Program-made: the position numbers and the translations under genes
Part shown: piece after piece, positions 33,194-37,485 of the stretch
Layout: each line of letters begins with the position of its first letter
Numbering within the stretch: the first letter of the stretch is position 1
IMG/VR virus record: IMGVR_UViG_3300046009_011433
Location: 1-37,485 of that record
Direction: 5' to 3' (one strand)
Length of the DNA stretch: 37,485 nucleotides
DNA from: a virus
Taxonomy: Duplodnaviria; Caudoviricetes
The notes under the pieces: model-generated
What the model saw: the letters and a program-made list of their open reading frames with translations, nothing else
Told to the model about the DNA's origin: nothing
The model's database searches: none

Positions 33194-35359
33194 ATGAAAA
33201 CTTTTAAAAAATTTCTATCTGAAGAACTACAAATTGTTTCTCTGATTTTAGAGGGCAAAGAACAGCATCAAATTATTAGACAATTTGGTTTGAAGATATT
33301 GAAAAGAATGCAGGACGAGAATGAGAAAAGAGGTGTTCCACTCCGAACTCAAATAACAACGAATCCGGGATTATTAAATTACGATTTTTTTCATCATAAT
33401 CTTGAAAATCACAATGTAGATGAATCTGGTAAAAATGTATTAGTTGACAAACCAAATTTCAATGTAAATCAAATGCATGATTACATAATGAAGCACTTTG
33501 GTTTTGATAGAGTTCCCGACCACATAAACAAAAATGACCCAAAAGAAATGGCAGAGAGAAACAAGCATATAAACTGGATGCTAACCAGATATGCTCAAGG
33601 AGATATTGATAAAGAAGGGGCGACAACGGGAATTGGCAGGATTGAGGATGTCTTTCACCGCGCTGAACCAACTCTCATGCGATTCCATAGATTAGTAAAA
33701 GAAGGAAAAATGCAATCCGAATCTCTTGCTAAGTTTAGACATTTGGGTGATCTTGAAAAAGCGGTAAACAATTCAGATCCACTTAACGCAACAAGCATTC
33801 ATCCAAGTGAGTATACAAAAATTGCGGAAAATGAACATTGGCATGTTGTTATTCCACATACTCCCGATGCTGCATGTCACTTTGGTCATGGAACTAGTTG
33901 GTGCACCACATCAGGTGCATTTAACAGTTATAATGAAGATGGGCCATTACACATTGCTATTCCAAAGGCTCCTTCCCATAAAAATGAAAAATACCAACTT
34001 CATTTTGAATCCAAGCAATTCATGGACGAGGAAGATCAACCAGTTAGTAAAGATCAATTTGCAAAGATTCACGGGTCAAGACCCATGCCTTCCGTTTTTT
34101 CTGCCATGGCAAAAATTCATCATGGATACGGTGCTAGTGGTTTATCCGATGAAGAAGTCAACCATGTAGTCGAACATTCTCCACATGCTGCTGTAAAAAT
34201 TGGGTTAGCAAGTCGTCTCAGCAGAGAACATGTAATGAATATACTGAAAAACAAGGATCCAAATAACGAAGCTACAATTAAAGCGGTAGTTGGTGAGACT
34301 AAACATCTTCAACAGGGAGATCTAGATCATATATTCAAAAACCTAAAAGGTGTAGAGGGTGGTTCGCAAGAATATCCAATTAATGTTGCAACTGCTTTGG
34401 TTGGTATACATGGATGGGATTTTAAACCAAGTTATGATTCAAAAATCTCATATAAAGGCATGATAACACCGGAACATTTGAGAGCAGCATATCAAGCGTC
34501 AGAGACACATCTGCAAAATATTCCAGAAATGCATCGTCGTTCAGCTCAGGCTTTGCATTCTTTGCGAAGTAACATAGCTCTGCATCCAAACGCACCGGAA
34601 GACATTCTTGAACATGCCAGAAAGAATGGTGTTCCGGGTGCATTTCAAAATCCCAATACGACTGCAGAACATATCGAAGACTTTTTTGAAATGCACAAGA
34701 AAGATCCAAAAGCGACTCGCCCAGATTCTCATAGTGACATATTGCAAGGTGCTTTGAAAAATCCGAATTTCCCAACACATTTGTTCGATTCATTGATGAA
34801 ACCGGATGCTCTCCCCAAGAGAGATACGCCACGTGGAAAAGAATATAGTTGGAATGGCATGAACTTAAGTGCAGAAGATCTTAGAAGACACAGAGACACA
34901 GCACTTACAAATCCAGCAATACCCCATGAACATATTGACCAAGCCTTGGAAAATCCTCATGGAAATCCTGGACGACATTTCAGGGATTCTCTTGTCAGCA
35001 TAATTCAAAATCCTTCGTCTACCCCAGAACATGTAATAAAAGCCATGAATGCCGCACCCATAAATGAAAACGTCGGTGGTCCCAATTCAAAACAAAAACA
35101 TGATTTTACATTTGAAGTTCTTGGCAGGTACGAAAGACATGCAAATGGAGTCATTCCGGACAATGTTTTTGATACTCTAGTAGATTCTCAGGTATCACAA
35201 GCACCGGGAGCAGTGGAGAAGGTTGTCAAACACAGACAGTTCACTCAAGCTCACGCTGATCGTCTGAAACAAAACTTGAATTTAAGAAGTGATGACTATA
35301 TACACAGAATGATTGACCAAAGATTGATTCCAAGACAACCATTGCCACAAGTTTCATGA
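33194..35359 (+). CDS. large His-rich protein, MKTFKKFLSEE leader, G.GTSWCT (PcfJ-like) domain and NPN-type helical repeats
   Basis: AACHFGHGTSWCTT...FNSY...KYQLHF...QFMDEED motif; HPNAPEDIL, NPNTT and NPAIP repeats. Confidence 0.75.
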   Translation: MKTFKKFLSEELQIVSLILEGKEQHQIIRQFGLKILKRMQDENEKRGVPLRTQITTNPGLLNYDFFHHNLENHNVDESGKNVLVDKPNFNVNQMHDYIMKHFGFDRVPDHINKNDPKEMAERNKHINWMLTRYAQGDIDKEGATTGIGRIEDVFHRAEPTLMRFHRLVKEGKMQSESLAKFRHLGDLEKAVNNSDPLNATSIHPSEYTKIAENEHWHVVIPHTPDAACHFGHGTSWCTTSGAFNSYNEDGPLHIAIPKAPSHKNEKYQLHFESKQFMDEEDQPVSKDQFAKIHGSRPMPSVFSAMAKIHHGYGASGLSDEEVNHVVEHSPHAAVKIGLASRLSREHVMNILKNKDPNNEATIKAVVGETKHLQQGDLDHIFKNLKGVEGGSQEYPINVATALVGIHGWDFKPSYDSKISYKGMITPEHLRAAYQASETHLQNIPEMHRRSAQALHSLRSNIALHPNAPEDILEHARKNGVPGAFQNPNTTAEHIEDFFEMHKKDPKATRPDSHSDILQGALKNPNFPTHLFDSLMKPDALPKRDTPRGKEYSWNGMNLSAEDLRRHRDTALTNPAIPHEHIDQALENPHGNPGRHFRDSLVSIIQNPSSTPEHVIKAMNAAPINENVGGPNSKQKHDFTFEVLGRYERHANGVIPDNVFDTLVDSQVSQAPGAVEKVVKHRQFTQAHADRLKQNLNLRSDDYIHRMIDQRLIPRQPLPQVS

Positions 35360-35408
35360 AATTTAAGGACTAAATAATTTTATGCACTACCTAACACAAT
35401 ACTACAAG
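35359..35408 (+). repeat. about 50 bp direct repeat (late promoter plus first codons), second copy at about 35992-36040
   Basis: aaatttaaggactaaataattttatgcactaccta occurs before both 35382 and 36015. Confidence 0.85.
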
Positions 35409-35990
35409 AATCTCTCCGAACAACTCCAAGAAAGAATTAAAATTTTGGAGGCAAATATTCGTAGCCCAGACGAAATGATAAGAATCGGTGGGGCCGAGAT
35501 GATGAGAGAACTTGAACCAGTTGAAGGAAATGAGCCTGCAAGAATCAATTCTGGTTATTCACCATGGGCCGAAAGAGCAAGAAAAAGACAAACTTTAGTA
35601 AAAAATGCCATGGCAAAATTAGGTGATACAGCCATGACTGGAGATGTAGAAACCGCAAGAGCAATCGGTGATGTAGTAGCCGACATGACCAAAGTAAGTG
35701 GACTTGGCAAGGAAGCAGGATTGAGAAATTGGTCAGAGGAAGAAGATCCCGAATTCAAAGGGGTAGATGCTGCAATGGAACCCCAACCATCAGCCAGACA
35801 AATGGAACTTGCACGCAGAGAAAGGGAAAGACAAGAAGCCCTTGCAAAAAGACAGTCAGGAGAGGCTGTAGCAGTTCCTGCTGACATTGCTGCCATGAGA
35901 AGATTCATTCAAGCAGGAAGAGGCCAATACCAAGCCCCATTCTCACAACCATCTCAAGTCCCACCACACAGTTCAAACGCAACTTATTGA
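35382..35990 (+). CDS. late hypothetical protein with MHYLTQYYKNLSEQLQE leader
   Basis: 202 aa; CTAAATA 5 nt upstream. Confidence 0.7.
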   Translation: MHYLTQYYKNLSEQLQERIKILEANIRSPDEMIRIGGAEMMRELEPVEGNEPARINSGYSPWAERARKRQTLVKNAMAKLGDTAMTGDVETARAIGDVVADMTKVSGLGKEAGLRNWSEEEDPEFKGVDAAMEPQPSARQMELARRERERQEALAKRQSGEAVAVPADIAAMRRFIQAGRGQYQAPFSQPSQVPPHSSNATY

Positions 35991-36014
35991 AAAATTTAAG
36001 GACTAAATAATTTT

Positions 36015-36479
36015 ATGCACTACCTAGCAAACTACTACAAAAATCTTTGCGAGCAACTTCAAGAAAAAGTAAATTTTCTTGAAAAGCAATATTTGACAGA
36101 AGTAGAAAATTGGGACGAACAGATTGCCGTTAATGACGAGACAGGCAAGAAGTACCGCGTGAGGGATATCTACGCCTATGCCAAGAAGAATACAAAATTA
36201 ATAAAAGCATTGCCCATCAAGCATACAGATGCCCTAGAATGGTGGGACAAGCAATATGACATGGACAATAAGGAACACAAGGAAAGAATGTTAAATGCAG
36301 ATACTAGTGTTCCTGTATTGGGAATAAAGCAAGAGGATGGGACTATCTCCATCACGGATGGCCTGAACAGAATAAAGAAGGCACATCATGTAGAGGATAA
36401 AACTACCATACCTGCTTATGTCATAGACAAAAAGGATATGGATAATATAAAGCCAGTAGAGGAAGATTCAAAGGGGTAA
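36015..36479 (+). CDS. ParB/Sulfiredoxin-like domain protein with MHYLANYYKNLCEQLQE leader
   Basis: ADTSVPVL...ITDGLNRIKKA...IPAYV resembles the ParB-N DGxHR motif (here DGLNR). Confidence 0.65.
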   Translation: MHYLANYYKNLCEQLQEKVNFLEKQYLTEVENWDEQIAVNDETGKKYRVRDIYAYAKKNTKLIKALPIKHTDALEWWDKQYDMDNKEHKERMLNADTSVPVLGIKQEDGTISITDGLNRIKKAHHVEDKTTIPAYVIDKKDMDNIKPVEEDSKG

Positions 36480-36719
36480 ATTTAAAGAATTGTAGGAGTG
36501 AAGGGGGTAGAAGATTTTTGAGAATATTTGAGAAGATTTGAGTTAGAGACCCCTCTCAAACACCCCTTCTAAAGCATTTAAACGCCTTTACAGACACTTT
36601 AAGGCTCTCAGACACCTCTGAGGGCCTATTTCATGTCCGATGCCCTATAAACGATCCTACAAGTCAAGCAAATACTCTAAATTTCTGACAAATATTCAAG
36701 AATTTTTGACAATATCTGA

Positions 36720-37460
36720 ATCCTGTCCCCCAGTAGCTCCATCCTGTCCAGCAATACGTGTACTCTGAGCATAGGGGTTTCCAATGCCATCCCAGTCCCG
36801 TCCAAGGTCCTCACACGTCAGCCAGTCGAAGACTCTATGGAAAGTTTCATTAATTTTATTCAAACTTTTTGCTATTCTTTGAGACCTATTCATGTATATC
36901 CTGTCCGGTATTATGCACCATCTATGGATCCTGTCCAGTAATCTGCATCCTGTCCTTGTGGAGAGACCGTCTGGATCCCCCCTCTTCTCCTATAACACCC
37001 CCCTGATAGTTGTTGCCTTCAATTTTATTTGAAATTTTTGAATCCCGTCCAGCTGGATCCTGTCCGATAGCTCCAGGTCCGGGAACCATGGTCTCATAAC
37101 TGATAAAGATTATCATCCCCCAGAAGAGTCCGATAACCAGCAGGATCGGAAGTCCGATAACCATTATAGCATGGACAGTCCGATAAGCAAATGAAAGGAC
37201 CGATAACCAGTGGCTGGGGGACGTAGAGTTATCGGACCTGATCAACATGCGTCCCATAAGTATACACTACGTATGGGGGTTGTCAAGTGATCAGTCCACA
37301 AGTCCGATAACGGGATTCCAGGCTAACTGGGACCGGCTCCCAGGCTCAGTTTCGGAACCTGAGAGAGAATATTATTATTTGTTTGTTTGGTCCCGTCCAG
37401 GCTTCCCAGCTCTGGCGGGCGTCCCAGTCCATCCCGTCCCATCCGTCCCGTCCGAGCTAC
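36720..37460. repeat. repeat-rich region with GTCCGATAAC and TCCTGTCC/GTCCC motifs
   Basis: GTCCGATAA-like copies at 37128, 37152, 37178, 37198 and 37302; inverted copy at 37228; several tcctgtcc copies. Confidence 0.7.
37259..37286 (-). promoter_or_regulatory. sigma70-like promoter TTGACA-N16-TATACT
   Basis: Read on the reverse strand. Confidence 0.7.
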
Positions 37461-37485
37461 TATCAGGGAACGCGGATATTATGGG

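Noticed and set aside
220-35908. Numerous short antisense or off-frame ORFs in the track (e.g. 220..591, 4631..5038, 11713..12021, 34422..34832, 35555..35908)
   Set aside because: They shadow longer motif-bearing genes and have no recognisable motifs or promoters.
36922-37257. 111 aa minus-strand membrane-like ORF
   Set aside because: Its ATG is 1 nt from the -10 box and the sequence is dominated by DNA repeats in several frames. A shorter product cannot be excluded.
36720-37460. CRISPR array
   Set aside because: Repeats are only 8-11 bp with irregular spacing, and there are no cas genes.
1-37485. Stop-codon reassignment
   Set aside because: Long ORFs tile the window in the standard code, the split junctions change frame, and no suppressor tRNA was seen.

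Overview
A 37.5 kb segment of a large T4-like myovirus genome, AT-rich and read in the standard code. Plus-strand genes mostly follow a T4-late-like (C/A)TAAATA box. Minus-strand genes mostly follow sigma70-like TTGACN-N16/17-TATANT promoters. Both promoter types often sit only 5-7 nt before the ATG, which suggests leaderless mRNAs. The window has four main parts. (1) Conserved T4-like hypothetical genes. (2) A 14.5 kb cluster of virion-surface proteins with fibronectin type III (FN3) domains, 6446-21022. Here FN3 domains are repeatedly split between genes: three proteins end in the first half of an FN3 and four begin with the second half. This suggests a mix-and-match anchor/extender/tip system assembled by domain complementation, and it is the most striking observation. 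(3) A minus-strand block with a GroES-like gene, an HNH endonuclease, TrmH/SpoU, SpeD, three tRNAs and a C5 DNA methyltransferase with a nested alternative-frame gene; a fourth tRNA (Gly) lies near 5.9 kb. (4) A set of late genes whose products carry T4 internal-protein-like MKTFKQF..E leaders or two other recurrent leaders. These leaders are fused to an ADP-ribosyltransferase, a SAM methyltransferase, a nucleotidyltransferase, and GP88-like, RyR-like and ParB-like cargo. The window ends in a repeat-rich, mostly non-coding region. All family assignments come from motif recognition by eye; no searches were run.
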